A stretch of DNA of 64,000 nt from Piromyces finnis finn (lineage: Eukaryota; Fungi; Neocallimastigomycota), in the NCBI GenBank assembly GCA_002104945.1, contig MCFH01000001.1, forward strand, positions 1,426,001 through 1,490,000. The letters are read 5' to 3'. Each line of letters begins with the position of its first letter. Within the stretch, counting starts at the first letter, position 1. Both the position numbers and the translations under genes were made by a program. Shown here one piece after another: positions 1 through 13,847 of this stretch. The notes below the pieces were generated by a model. The model ran no database searches, was not told the origin of the DNA, and was given only the letters and a program-made list of their open reading frames with translations.

Positions 1-987
1 TCTTCCTCATCTGCCATTTTTCCTTTTAATATATTTTTTAATTAATTATTGTATTTAGTGTATATTTATATTTAAATAAAATAGTATTCTAAATGTTGAT
101 GAAATGTCAAACTTATATATTAAAAAAAAAAAAAAAAAAAGTTATTGGTATATTTTGGTTGTTTCATCTATGATTAGATCTTATTAATAATAATAATAAT
201 TTAAAAATTACTTTAATGATTTAACTTAATTGAATTTTGGTAAGATGTTTTGTTTTTATTATAATTAAATCATTTATGATTTTTATTTTCTAATATGAAT
301 GTATTTCTTATTATCCCTTATAATTCAATGTAAATTTATAAATATTTTCTATAGGCAAAAATTTAAGGTATTTATTTTATAAATAAATAAAAATATATAA
401 AATAAAATACTGAAAAAAAAAAAGAAGAAAATGATATATTGGTTTTAAAGATTAAATATTCAATTTAAAACAAAATTAGTTAAAATGAAATCTTTCCTAA
501 ATTTTAACTATTTATTCTATAATTTTAAAATTTATTGTTAATATCTATAAAATAATTAAAAATATTATTTTCTTTTTTAAAATTTTATTTTTAAAAAAAA
601 AAAATCTCAATTATATTTTTTTATTTTTTTTATATTCATAATATATAATAATATATATATTTAATTAATATATATATATAAATTTAATTTATTCATAAAT
701 TAATTTTTTAAGAAGATATTTTATTTTTGAAATTTTTATTTTTTTATTTCTTTGTATATAATTATCTATTATAAATGTATTATGGAAAAAACATTATTAT
801 GATAGTTTTTATTATCTTATATAATTGTTATTATAATTATAATTACTGGAAAAGTAAAAAATTATAAAATATTTAAAATCATCTTTTATTTTTAAAAACA
901 TATTTCTTTAAGTAGCTAATTAAACTAATTAATTCACATTTTAATTATATATTAACTATTTGATTTTTCTTTAAAATCTAATTCATA

Positions 988-3900
988 TTAAGAATTCATT
1001 ATATATTCATTTGCAGATAAAAATGAACTGTTTCTTTTAATATTCACGGAAAACCGCTTTCCTAAAAACATATTCTTTTGCTTTCCATCAATATCCAATG
1101 ATGCTGTTGATAATTTTCTACTATGAGTGCCTACACTTGAAAATCTTCTTCCTGATGATTTTTCAAATAATGATGAAAAGAATTTCTTTTTTGTAGTACT
1201 TGCAACAGATTCAAATGAAGAATCTGAAATAGTAATACTTCCAGTATCGTCCTTTAATAAAATTGCTGGTTGATTTTTACTCATATATAAAGAGAGACAA
1301 AAACTTAATTTAAGTAATCCTATATTTTCAAGCCAATTTTTTTTATCAGTTCGTGATTTAGCTTTTAAAATATAAACATTATGCTGATTATATATTATTT
1401 TAATAATATTATCAAGATCTATATAAATATGAATACCATGATTAGTATATATTACTGAATATACAATATTTTTATATATTATTATCTCATTAATCTAAAT
1501 AATTACCAGATTCTGCTGTTTCGAAACAGTCAATAATATTACAACATTCATATGTAATTGGTGGAATACATAATATAGGAATATTCTTTCTCATTTTTAC
1601 AATCAAGATAAAATCAGTAAATGTATATGCTACAACTTCATTATTATGTCCATTTTTATCAATTAGTTGGAATTCTTGAATATTATATAATTTTCTTTTA
1701 TCACAAAATATATTAAATTTCTGTTATATTAAAAATATAATGTTTAATATTTAATAACAATAATATTAATACAAGAAATATCACAATTGCTTAATACATA
1801 CATAAAATACATTATTCCATTCAAGAATTTTTTCCAATTTTATGACTTTTTGTTTTGAATCCATTTCACCAACAGCTGTATTAACTTTTTTAGTTTCTTC
1901 ATCTATTTGAGATAAAAATGTGTTTATTGGATGTAATGGATAATTAATATATCCAGAAAGTCTTTTAAACAAAATTGAATATCTTGTAATTCTATGCATA
2001 GGTCTTTTTTAAGTAGATATATAAATTAAAAATTATAAAAATATAAGTATAAATAAATTATCATAATATTTATTTTATTAAATCATTATTTTTTATAAAT
2101 TTCTATAAGTAATTACTCTATTAATAAGTCTTTTAAGGTTAGTTTATCAAGGGCAACTTTGTTATTATTTTCACATTCAGTAATAAATTTTTTTGTTTTT
2201 GGATCTTCATTATATAAATTTAATAAGTATTCATCTCCAATTGCTCTATTTGAACAATAAACACAATATTCAGTTGAAATTTTTGGGAGCTTAAATAAAA
2301 AATTAAATAATAATAATAATAATTTTATTAATAAATATAATAATATTTTGCTTAATAATTTAATAAACTAAATAATTTTAAATTTCTTCACATTGTCAGT
2401 ATATATTTTAACTAATTCTTCTTCAAGTTCCATAACATCATCCATTTTTCTCCATAAATCATTAAGAGATTTAACCTATCATAATAATTATTTTTTTATT
2501 AATAAAAAAACAATTCTTTATATATATTATTTATATTAATATTATTTATTATATATACCATATTTTTATGTAACTCCAATATTTGTTTTATATTTACAAA
2601 TATTTTTTCAATATCTTCTTGTGAAAATATCTTTGATTCTATCATTGGCTCAATAAAAAACTTATAATAGTTAAATTAATGGTTATTTATAATATATTTT
2701 ATATATTTTAATTGAACAAATGATTAATATTATTTGTTATATCTACCACTCGTAATTGGAAAAGTTTTTGAAAGTAGTTTTCTTCCGTTTCATGTATTTC
2801 GTTAGCAACATTTAATCTTTTTTCAAAATTATACTTATTATCCTATATTTAATAAATTTCATTTTTATTATTATTATTGGCATTAGAAGTAGTAGTAGTA
2901 TATTAAGTATTAATATCAATATTATTAGTTTTATTTATTAATAACTTATGTTAGATATATACTCTATTGTTTCCTTTGCTTATATTTTTTAATATAAACT
3001 TGACTTTTTCATAATCGACATTTTTTAATGGACTTTCGGAATACATTAATTCTTTATTATTAATAAAAAAAAAATAATATTAATTAAATAAATATAATAA
3101 ATAATAAAAACTATTTTTATAACTACCAATTAAATTATTGTTTTTTGACAAATAATTCAAAGAATAATCATTATATAACCCTTTTATCTTCAAATTGTTT
3201 AATAGCATAATGATAACTTCACTTGTAGTATTGGATTCTTGAATTTTTATTTTTGTTTCAATAATTTTTCCCCCTTCATTAAATTCCACGAAAATTTCTT
3301 TTGATAATGAATCCTCAAGTTTCTAATAAAATTAAATTTCGAAAACATGTAAATATATATTAAATATTTAATATTATTATATTAATACATAATTCAATAT
3401 GTTGTACATTTTTTTCTATTAATTCATGTTTTTCTTTTAATTTTGCTTCAAATTTTTCAAGATAAATTCGATTATTGTTTAATTCAACTGTTAATACCGC
3501 CACTTTATTCATTGACTGCTCTAATAATATATTTGAATTTTGATTTGATGAATTATTACTACTATTAAATGATAATTCTATTACTTTCTTAGCACCTTCT
3601 TGTATTGATTTTTCTAATTTAATTTCAGTATTAATTGCTGCTATTCTTTCTTTAATTTTTGCAATTATTTCATCTTCATTTTCTCCCTATTTATATCATA
3701 TTAATTTTTATTAATTTATTTATATTAATATTATATTATTTTATTAAAATATTAAATAACTTATTACATCATATTGGTCATATATTGATTTTTTATTATC
3801 TACACAATCAAACTTAATCAGTTTTCTACAACATTTATGAACAATCATATTGCATTCTAATAATATATTGTTATTTTTATATGAAAATAATAATAAATTA

Positions 3901-6616
3901 AATGTTTTGGTATTATGATTATAATATTAATTGTTATTTATTCATTTTTTTTTACTTTCACATTGATATAAAGACTTTAAATCCTTTTTACTAATTTGTT
4001 TATTATCAAAGCAATATTCACAAATAGAAAATTTTTTATCAGTATATTTTACAAATACATGATCAACAGTTAATTTTTCTTCTGGATGATAGTTATAGCT
4101 CTAATGAAAATAAACAAATATTAATGAATTTCATATTTAATATTTTAAATAATTTGAAGTTAAAATTATTAAATTTCTATTAATTCTTAAAATAATTACT
4201 GTTTGAATTGGAATAATTTCACTTTTAGTATCGTCATCACATTCTTTAACATTTCCTCTTCCAGATTTTATATTTATAGATCTTGCTGAATTTGTCGATA
4301 AAGTCCTATCTATTTTAATTGAATTTCCTGATTCATTTCTACCAAAAATAGAGAGCATATCTGACTGTGTTCTTGAATGTTTTATTATCTATAGATTTTT
4401 AAAAATTAAAATATTATAAAAAATAAACTCCACGCTAATTATAAATAATATACCTGTTTAATCGACCCTTCTCTTGCTTTGTTTTTTATTTGTTGAATAA
4501 TCTTTGAGTTTGAAACCGTTTGTTTATCAACCCCTATCCTAACTAAAAACTTTGATATTTTCTTAATTAACATAGCTGAACTAAAATAAGTTATTGACAT
4601 ATTTAATATTCTTTCTGCAGCTCTTTTCATGTTTCTATTAATTCATAAATTGAAAATATTATATTAAAATATTATTAAATAAATATATATATCTATTTAT
4701 TTATCCAATGTATTTACGTTTGCGATGATACATAAGAACCAATTACTTATATAATTTATATTTTTTTTTATAAAAATAAATATTAGAATTAAATAAAAAT
4801 AATTTTTCATAAATTTGATATATATTAGTAATTACTCGAATCATTAACCATTTCTTGATAAAAAACACTATTTTCAAATGAATTAATTATAGGTGGACTA
4901 TTTAATGTTGAATTTTTATTTTTTTTCTCTTTCTCTTTTTTCACTTCATTTGAAAAAATGTCTTCACCATAAAAAGCTTTTTCCATCAACAACATAGCTA
5001 AAAAAAGGAAGTTACTATACATTTCACCTGTACCAAGATCTATCTGATTTTTCAAAATTTTCAATAATCTATTTACTGGTATATTATTCATAAAATATTT
5101 CCAATCTATATATGAATCTGATAAAGTAACAAAATAGTCTTCATATATCTTTAATGCTTGTTGTTTTCTAGCCAATGATCCTATATATGGGTAATTCATT
5201 CTAAAATTATCTCCATCAATATAAAATAACTTAAAAGGTAAAATTAATTAATTATTAATGATTAAACATAAATTTATAATAAATATTAAAAAATTTTTTA
5301 TTCTCTTACAAAAATATATGCAAGTTTTAGATCTTTATGAATTAAAAACATTAAAAAATATACTTGAGTTAAATTATTATTCCAAATAAGATCTAAAGTG
5401 ACTTTCTTTTTAATTACATTGATATATCCTGCATGAGACGTATAAAAAGATGAATCACTAATTTGTTCATTATCATTTAATTGTTTTGCTATAACACCAT
5501 TAGCAATAGTATAAAATGGCTTAAAAAGAAGAAAATTTTTTGAGTTTTCATCATCTGAAATTTCTTTATATGTTTGCAAATAATCTTTAGCTCTTTCAAA
5601 ATTCAATGTATAATCGAAATCATTATTGTAGCTATAATTAGTTTTTGATCTAGAAAAATCAATAGATTGTATAATAAATGCTTCATTACTAGTTTTTATA
5701 CTTTGATTATCATTTGGATTGTCATTTAATTCTAATTCATTATATTTAATAAAATTAATAAATAAATTAATATTATGTTAGAATAAAAAAGTTAAATATA
5801 TATTAAATTCTCAATATATATAATATATAATGTGAATTAACCTTTATTTAGAGAATATATGCTATTAATTGATTTATTATCAACCATTGATGTTGTTTCA
5901 AAATTGTAACTTTCATTATCGTTAAATTCTTTACTTATATTATTATCCCTTTTAAAAAATGTTAAACTTCCATTACTAAAATCATGCTTAAGCATACTTT
6001 CATTTTCTGGACTATTAACATACTTAATTTCATTATTATTTCTTTCATTTTCTAGGTCTCTTGAGAAATTAAGATTCATATTAAATGATTCATTTTCAAG
6101 TTCTTTTGAAATCTTGTTTTCTTTTGTTATTTTGTTCATATCATTTTCAATTGGTAATGAATTTTTGGAGACTTCATCACTTCCTTCATTACTAAAATCA
6201 TTATTTTTATTTTCTGATTCTTCAATTTCTGATTCTTCAGATATAACATTAATTTTATGCTTAAATTTTAATTCATTTTTTATTATTTTAAAAGAATTTT
6301 CAGATATATTTATATATGAATCATCAGATGTTGCAATGTAATTTTTATTTTCATTAGCATCATCATTTTTATAATCTAAAATAGTTTCATCACCATCATT
6401 TTTTATACTATTTTCATGATAAAGAAATAATTCATCATCTAAATGTATTAATTTATCAATATCTTCAGTTTCTAATTTCCTATTTTCACATTTGTTAATA
6501 TCATTTATATTGTTAACAACTGTATCATTTTTTATATAATTTTCTTCTTCATTAATTTTTATAGCCGTTTCATTGGTATTATTTTCTAATATAATAGAGG
6601 ATTCATTATTATCCAT
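988..6616 (-). CDS. Multi-exon Rho guanine nucleotide exchange factor; low-complexity N-terminus then RGS-like, C1, HR1, RA/ubiquitin-like, DH and PH domains
   Basis: Hand-spliced GT-AG exons give: RGS-like (LFYIDGDNFR...ARKQQALKIYEDYF...FENSVFYQEM, ~4830-5250), C1 finger (HVFVKY..CEYC...YQCE/KCNMIVHKCCRKLIKFDC, ~3795-4075), HR1 (IKERIAAINTEIKLEKSIQEGAKKV, ~3395-3690), RA-like (KIKIQESNTTSEVIIMLLNNL, ~3120-3320), DH (RLNVANEIHETEENYFQKL...KIFVNIKQILELHK...DLLI/RPMHRITRYSILFKRL, ~1810-2840) and PH (YILKAKSRTDKKNWLENI, ~1320-1725). Some internal exon boundaries are approximate. Confidence 0.85.
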
Positions 6617-7333
6617 ATTTTTAAATTTATATTATATTTTAAAAAAACTTATAAAATTATTGATATACTATATAATGAACTATTTATTTAAATATATATG
6701 ATCGTTTAATTTAATAATATTATTCATTTATCATTTTGTTCTATAATCTTTTCTTTAAATATATATAAATATACTAAAAAAAATCATAAAATAAAAGTCA
6801 TTATTTGAATTTTATTTTCTTAATTGTTTCTTTAATAAGAATAATAAAATATCTATTTATAGATTTAATTATTTCCATTAATATTTTTATCTTTCTATAT
6901 ATAATTAATAATGAATATAGTAGTTATTTCATTCGCTTATTTATATGTAATAATTAGAACTTTTTTTTTAAAAGTTTAAATATAATAATTGTTGGGACAA
7001 ATAATTTTTAAATCTGTATCCACATTTTCAGTAAAATTTTATTTCATATAAATCATAATTTCAAATGTAAGAAAATATATAAATTATATAAAATAATATA
7101 TTTATATATATTTATAATTATATATATGTATATTTAAAAAAAATAATTGTAATAAGAATTATGATTAAAATACACTTTTTATATGTATTTATATAGTTTG
7201 TATATAGTATGATTAAAATATCAATTAATTTAATAATAATATATTTTTGTGACACTCAATAATTCAACTACATCGTTACATTATTTATTATTTTAATGTA
7301 GTTAAAGTTGTATACAACATTATTTCTATTCAT

Positions 7334-7386
<53 letters not shown>

Positions 7387-7413
7387 CTGTAAATTAAATA
7401 TAATTAATATAAA

Positions 7414-8060
7414 ATGGTTGAAATAGAATCCTCTAATCTTGAAAAATTTGGACGTGGAGCTCTCTCAGTAATTATCATTAATTTTTTTCTTTATATTTAT
7501 ATATATATAACTAATAATTAATATTAAATAATACTAAATAAAAATAATTTAATAAATTTCTCAATATTAATAATTAAGGGTGCTTCTGTTGGTTTATGTA
7601 TTGGTTTTATTTATGGTACTTTTAATGTATTAAGGTATAACAAAATTATATATATTAATAATTATTAAATAATAAATATATTAAGATTTATAAAATATAA
7701 TTATTATTTATAAAGAATTGGACCAGGTAAAAAAATTATATAAATATTTATAATTATCATTTTTTATTGGTAATTGATAAAAATATATATATATTTAAAG
7801 GTAATGGTAGCATTACAGGAACTATAGCAAAATCAATGGGAGCTTCAGCTGCTTCCTTTGGTTTCTTCATGGGGTAATATATATTTATATTATTCAATAA
7901 ATAATTGTATAATTTAATTAATCTATTATTAAACATAATAAAATATAGGGTTGGTTCACTAATTAAATCTGAAGGTCGTAGATTACCAACAAATAATTTA
8001 CTAATTAATAATGGCAATTTTAGAAATTTAGAAATTAATTCCAAATATCTTTCCAAATAA
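7414..8060 (+). CDS. MGR2: Mgr2/ROMO1 family TIM23-complex subunit, 5 exons
   Basis: Exons 7414-7467, 7579-7634, 7716-7726, 7801-7873 and 7949-8060 splice in frame to MVEIESSNLEKFGRGALSGASVGLCIGFIYGTFNVLRIGPGNGSITGTIAKSMGASAASFGFFMGVGSLIKSEG... This matches the Mgr2 pattern (SNWDKFKMG...G...G..GPG.....SAGTFGLFMSIGSIIRS). Confidence 0.9.
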
Positions 8061-9222
8061 AAAATAAAATGAAATGAAATGAAAAAAAAAAAATTGCATT
8101 ATCATATACAAAAATTAAAATAATTATAACAATATTAACAATATTGATAGAAAAGGGGGGAAATAAAAATAAATAAAAGTATAATAATATAGATAATATA
8201 TTTTATAGAAAAAACTTTTTTTTTAAGTGTAATAATAAGATCTTTAAATAATAATTATTAATGTATATATATAATAAATATGTCATTTTTTTTAGTTCTT
8301 TTATTTCATTCTTATTGTTTTATAAAGGAATAAAGCATATAAAGCTATAAAATTTCATATAAATTAATATTGGTTACACTATTTAAATAAGATATGAAAA
8401 TTTTACAAGTATCGAAACTTTAAAATTTTTAATTTTATTTTTTATAAATAAAATAAATCAATGCATTAAAAAGAAATGATTTTATTATGAATAATGAAAA
8501 TTATTATTTTTTTTATTTCAAAAAAATTCTTTAAAATATTGTATATAGATAAGCTTTTCTAATCTTTACATATTAAAATTACTATTTCACTAAATATTTT
8601 AAGTTTATATATATTTTAAAATAATCAATTTTAAATAATAATTCAAATTCAATATATTTAAAAAAATATTATATATTATATTAATTTTTATATCTATTTT
8701 GACTTTTTACATATTATTTTTTTTTTTTTTTGTTTACTTTTACTGCTGTTATTTAATAGAAAAAACTTTGATCATTTGTTTTTTGTTTTTTTTTTACTTT
8801 AAATCATAAATTTTAAATTATAATTTTTAGTATAAAAATCTTATTTTAAAGTCTTTAATTATTAACAAAAAATGTATATATTATTTAATTTAATGAAATA
8901 AAACAACTCCCTTTTATATATTTAATATATATATTATTATTTAACTACTATAACATAATTATTATTATACTTAAAATTATAACTTCATCAGTGATTATAA
9001 TTTATAATATTATTCTATTATCCTCAATTTAATATCAATATTAAATGTATATATTTAAAGCATTTTAATTAAATATAAAAAAATATATATTTAAGTTAAA
9101 GAATTATATTTTGTATTTTGCAATGCTTATATATATTCTGTTTATTTATTAACCATTAATCATTAACCATTAGTATTAAAATATATATATATATATTCAA
9201 TTTTTTTTCGATAGCAAACCTG

Positions 9223-9418
<196 letters not shown>

Positions 9419-10420
9419 TTAGTTAATTTACAATGAAAAAGATATATTTTTAATAATTTAAAAATGCTTAGTCTTTATTGAAGAAATATATATTTTCTCA
9501 ATTAATCAATTCTTAATAGTTTAAAAAAGTATAATTAAAAAATTATCTTATTTATTATTAATATGAGTTTAATTTTTTTAATAATTAAATAAACTAAAAA
9601 AAAAACATAAATATAATATTTTCGATATTAATTATTAATTATAGTTTTTATAATTGAACAGTTTTTTATATATATATATTTTTTTTTATAATAATATTAT
9701 TATAACATTTATATAACTAATAAAATAATAAAATATAAATATAACTTTATTTAATAGTAAAATTAATATTTAATTTTATAACATTTTTAAGATTATGTTT
9801 TTATCAATTCTTTTTTAATAACAAAAATTTTTTAAAAAAAGAAATATAAAGTATACTGAAATTGGTATAATAACAATAATAAATATAATAATATTATTAT
9901 TAATAATGTTTAATGTTTGTTATATAGAAATTTAGGTTTATGATTATTTTAAAATTTTTTTAAACATAATGTGCAGTTGAATTGAATAGATATAATAAAA
10001 AAAATATTAGGATTTGTTTTTTTTTTTTTCATTTCTTTTTTTTTTATTGAATTTGATAATTGTAAATTAATATATTATTATTCTCGTTGGCATTATTATA
10101 GTTATTGCATTAGAAATCTATATATTAAATAAAAAAAAATTAAATATATATTATATAATTAATATGAGTTTATTATCACTAAAAGCTACATTGTTTTATT
10201 AGTATTTATTAGATAGTTTGTTAATAGATATTCATTTTATTAATATATAAATATATTTCGATAAATTATTATCGAAATAATTAGTAGTATATTTAAACTT
10301 GTAATAATTATAAAGAAACATCTATATTAATAAATTGAGACTTTTCATTCTTTTTTTTTTTTTTTTTTTTTTATTTTACTTTTTTAATTTAAACTTTATC
10401 AATTTTTAATTTTATAAATT

Positions 10421-13291
10421 ATGAATAATTACAATAATTTTTTTTCGTCTTCACAGTTCTTTAGCCATGATGACTTAAATTGGGCAACAACAGATCCATA
10501 TAATTTATTTGATGAAACAATGCTTGGATCAAGTATTTTTTATAATCCAATATATGGTTACGATAATCAATTATTACTTCAATCTTCATTTCCCTTTTAT
10601 GAGGATGATATAAATAAAGATGCTAATACAGCATCTACTGGAAATTACATCAAAGAAAAATCAATTCAAAAACCAGGAGCACCTATAGGTTATGTAAGTA
10701 ATAACAATTCAAATATGGAAGGATCATCAGCATCAACAATTAAATACAATCCAACCAACAATTTATATTGTCAACAACCCTCAACTTCAAAAAAAGTAAT
10801 TACTCAATCTCAGATACAATTACAACCACAACAATCACAATCACAATTTCAACAGCATCCACAACCACAATATATGCTAAGTCGCGCAAATTCTAACGAT
10901 ACTATTTTTTCATGTATTTCTCAAAGTAGTAGATATGATAGTACTGAACAATTACAACGAGGTGGTATGGTTCGTGCAGATCTATCACAATATGATTTAT
11001 TATATGATTCTGAAAGTAGTAGTAGTAAACATTATATTCCAACCGCAAATCCTAGAAATTGGTCAATTTTTGATCAACCTCGAGAAAACTTCTTTAATTC
11101 AATAGATTATGACTACAACTTAGGTGATAATTGTAATTCATTATCTTTTGGGATAGATAATTGCTGTAGTTTAAATAATACAATTAATAATTATAATATG
11201 CCATTGACTGTTGATCCATCAGCAATTATATGTAATAATAACAACATTAAATTAGATACAGAAGAAGACGACCCAATTATTAGAAGTATTCTATGTTCTG
11301 AATCGGAAGATGAAGAAGTATATGAAGGCAATAATGAAAAACAAAAACAATTACAGCAAATACAAAAAACTAGTTTGATTAAGTCAAATAAAATAGTATC
11401 AGATTCTGAAGACGATGATGATGATGATGTAGATTTTGATGAAAATTTAGAAGACGATACAATTACTTCATCATTGTATACAAAAAATCATAATAATATT
11501 TATAATAAAAATGTTTCAAATTTAGATTTAATAAACACTAATATCGCAAATAAAAAGAATGATTTAAGCATTTTTACTTATGAAGTAAATTATTCAAAAA
11601 ATAATGAAAATAAAGATAAACTATATAAAGACGATAATATTAAAAATGGTTATTATTATTATTGTTGTTATTATTATTATTATCATTTTATTATAATTAT
11701 TAAAGTTAATTATAAATAAGCTTTATTTAACATATTAAAAATTTAAATTTTAAAATTTATAAAATTTGTTATTCTTAATTTTTTAGAAATTGAAATCAAA
11801 AAAGAAATTAAAGAAGAAAATGCTACACTATCAAAAACTGATGAGAATAAAAATAAAGTTGAAAATATAGATGGTAATAATAAATCAAATAATAATATTA
11901 ATAAAAATGTAGTTAATATTAAAAATAAATATTCTATTATTATAGGACCAAAACGTGGAAGAAAAGCTTCAAAAATTAAAAATGAAACTATTTCTCAAGA
12001 TGAAAATAAAGATTTATCCTCTAATATTGGTGATCTATCTAATAATCCTCCATATACACAAACAAAAAGGAAGAGAAGACGCGGAAAAAATTCAGAAATT
12101 ACTGATACTATAATTTCAACAACTTCTTCCTCTTCTTCCTCAATGGTATATAAACTAAAAATAATAATATAATAAAAATATATGTGTGTATATATTAAAA
12201 TAAAGCTAAAAATTAATTATGTTAATATTTCTAAAGAATGAAATGTCAGGAAACACCATTTCAAAAAGGGGAAGAAAAGCAAATGTGAATAATTATGTTG
12301 ATAGTATTCCAAAAAAAACTGTAGAATATAATTATAATAAAAAGAGAATGATACATCAAAACTTACAAAATAATGAAACAAAAAGAAAAATAGGCCAACA
12401 ATATGGTATAAATTTTATAAATATATAATTATTTATATTATAAAGCTAATAGCTAAATTTAATATCTAATCTTTAAAATATTTTAAATAAAAATATTTTT
12501 TCAACTATGGCATTTAACTATAATTAAACATATAAAAATCAGTTGAAATAAATAATACCAATTATAATACAACCGCTGTCGTTCATCCAAATGAATATAA
12601 ATTCATTACTTTAGATAATCAAGGTTTATACATTAATGGAAAAATAAATGATAATTTACTACAAGATTCAAATATTTTAACAGTTGCTAACCCAAATAAC
12701 TCACTATCTCATATTGCCACTATAGATAATAATATGGTACTCCCAGTAAATACTAACAATCTAACTCCTTCAATAGGAAACAATAATTCAATAATATCTA
12801 TACAACATCAAGCTAATGTTCAGAAACCAACATCAATTGTACAAACAGTTAATAATACACCATTACCCCAAGCTAATTCAACAACAAGATCAACTTCAAA
12901 ATCAAACATTAATCATACCAAAAAAGCAATGAACGGGTCAAATACTAATAAACCAACAAAAAAACATTGTTCAAAAGCTTGCATTAATTGTAAGAGAGCC
13001 CATCTTGCATGTGATGCTTCTCGTCCATGTAAAAGATGTGTTAGTCAAGGAAGAACCGACTGTGTTAGTGTTGAACATAAAAAGAGAGGAAGACCAAAGT
13101 GTTCTCCTGATAAGAAAGCTGCTAATAATTTAGAAAAAAAGAAAACTAATGCAAAAAATACTAATGTTAATGTTAATAATAATTCTAGTAATAGCAATAA
13201 TAACAATAATTCAAATAGTGATAATAGTAACAGTACAACATATACCGAAATAAGTACAAATGTTACACTAACCTCATTCAGTAGTAATTAA
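10421..13291 (+). CDS. Zn(II)2Cys6 binuclear-cluster transcription factor with C-terminal DNA-binding domain
   Basis: Exons ~10421-11648, 11787-12145, 12237-12405 and 12543-13291 join in frame. The last exon has ACINCKRAHLACDASRPCKRCVSQGRTDC followed by KKRGRPK. The rest is Q/N/acidic low-complexity sequence. Confidence 0.88.
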
Positions 13292-13706
13292 TTAGAATAA
13301 TTAAATTTTATATGAAAATATCTTTTTGTTAAATTAATTTATATTTACATTAATAGAAAAAGGAATGGAAAAAATTTTTGGTATTTTTTTTTTTTTTTTT
13401 TTTTTTTTGGTTTTATCATTTATTTTTACTATAATAAATTAAAATAATAAATTTCATAGAATAGATTTTTTTATAGAATACAATTTAAAAAAAAAAAAAA
13501 AAAAAAAAAAAGATTAACAATAATTAATAATTAGTATATTTATAATGATTTAGAAAAAGATTCACGGTTTTTGGAGGGTCAGATCCGGATCCTGATGACC
13601 ATGATATTTTCTAAATCTGGTTATATTTATAAAACAAATCTATATAAATTTTTTATTATACAGACAGTTTTTATAAAATAAATAAATAAATAAATATAAA
13701 AAAAAA

Positions 13707-13746
<40 letters not shown>

Positions 13747-13847
13747 ATAAATGAATGAATAAATACTTTTTGTACTTAATATATTAATTTTATTTACAAC
13801 TTATATACAATTATTATTATTATTTATATTTCTATAAATTAAATAAA

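Noticed and set aside
5298-5606. FYTSHAGYINV...LDLIWNNNLTQVYF first resembled an IP3-receptor/RyR motif
   Set aside because: VYF is intron read-through (CAA|gtatat). The spliced sequence continues into an RGS-like domain and there are no channel helices.
6114-6341. Plus-strand hydrophobic ORF (likewise 7757-8056, 14522-14722, 17036-17281, 21275-21538, 21563-21772, 40836-41150, 44335-44719, 49365-49568, 61103-61440, 63501-63838)
   Set aside because: These are shadow frames on the opposite strand or alternate frame of better-supported genes.
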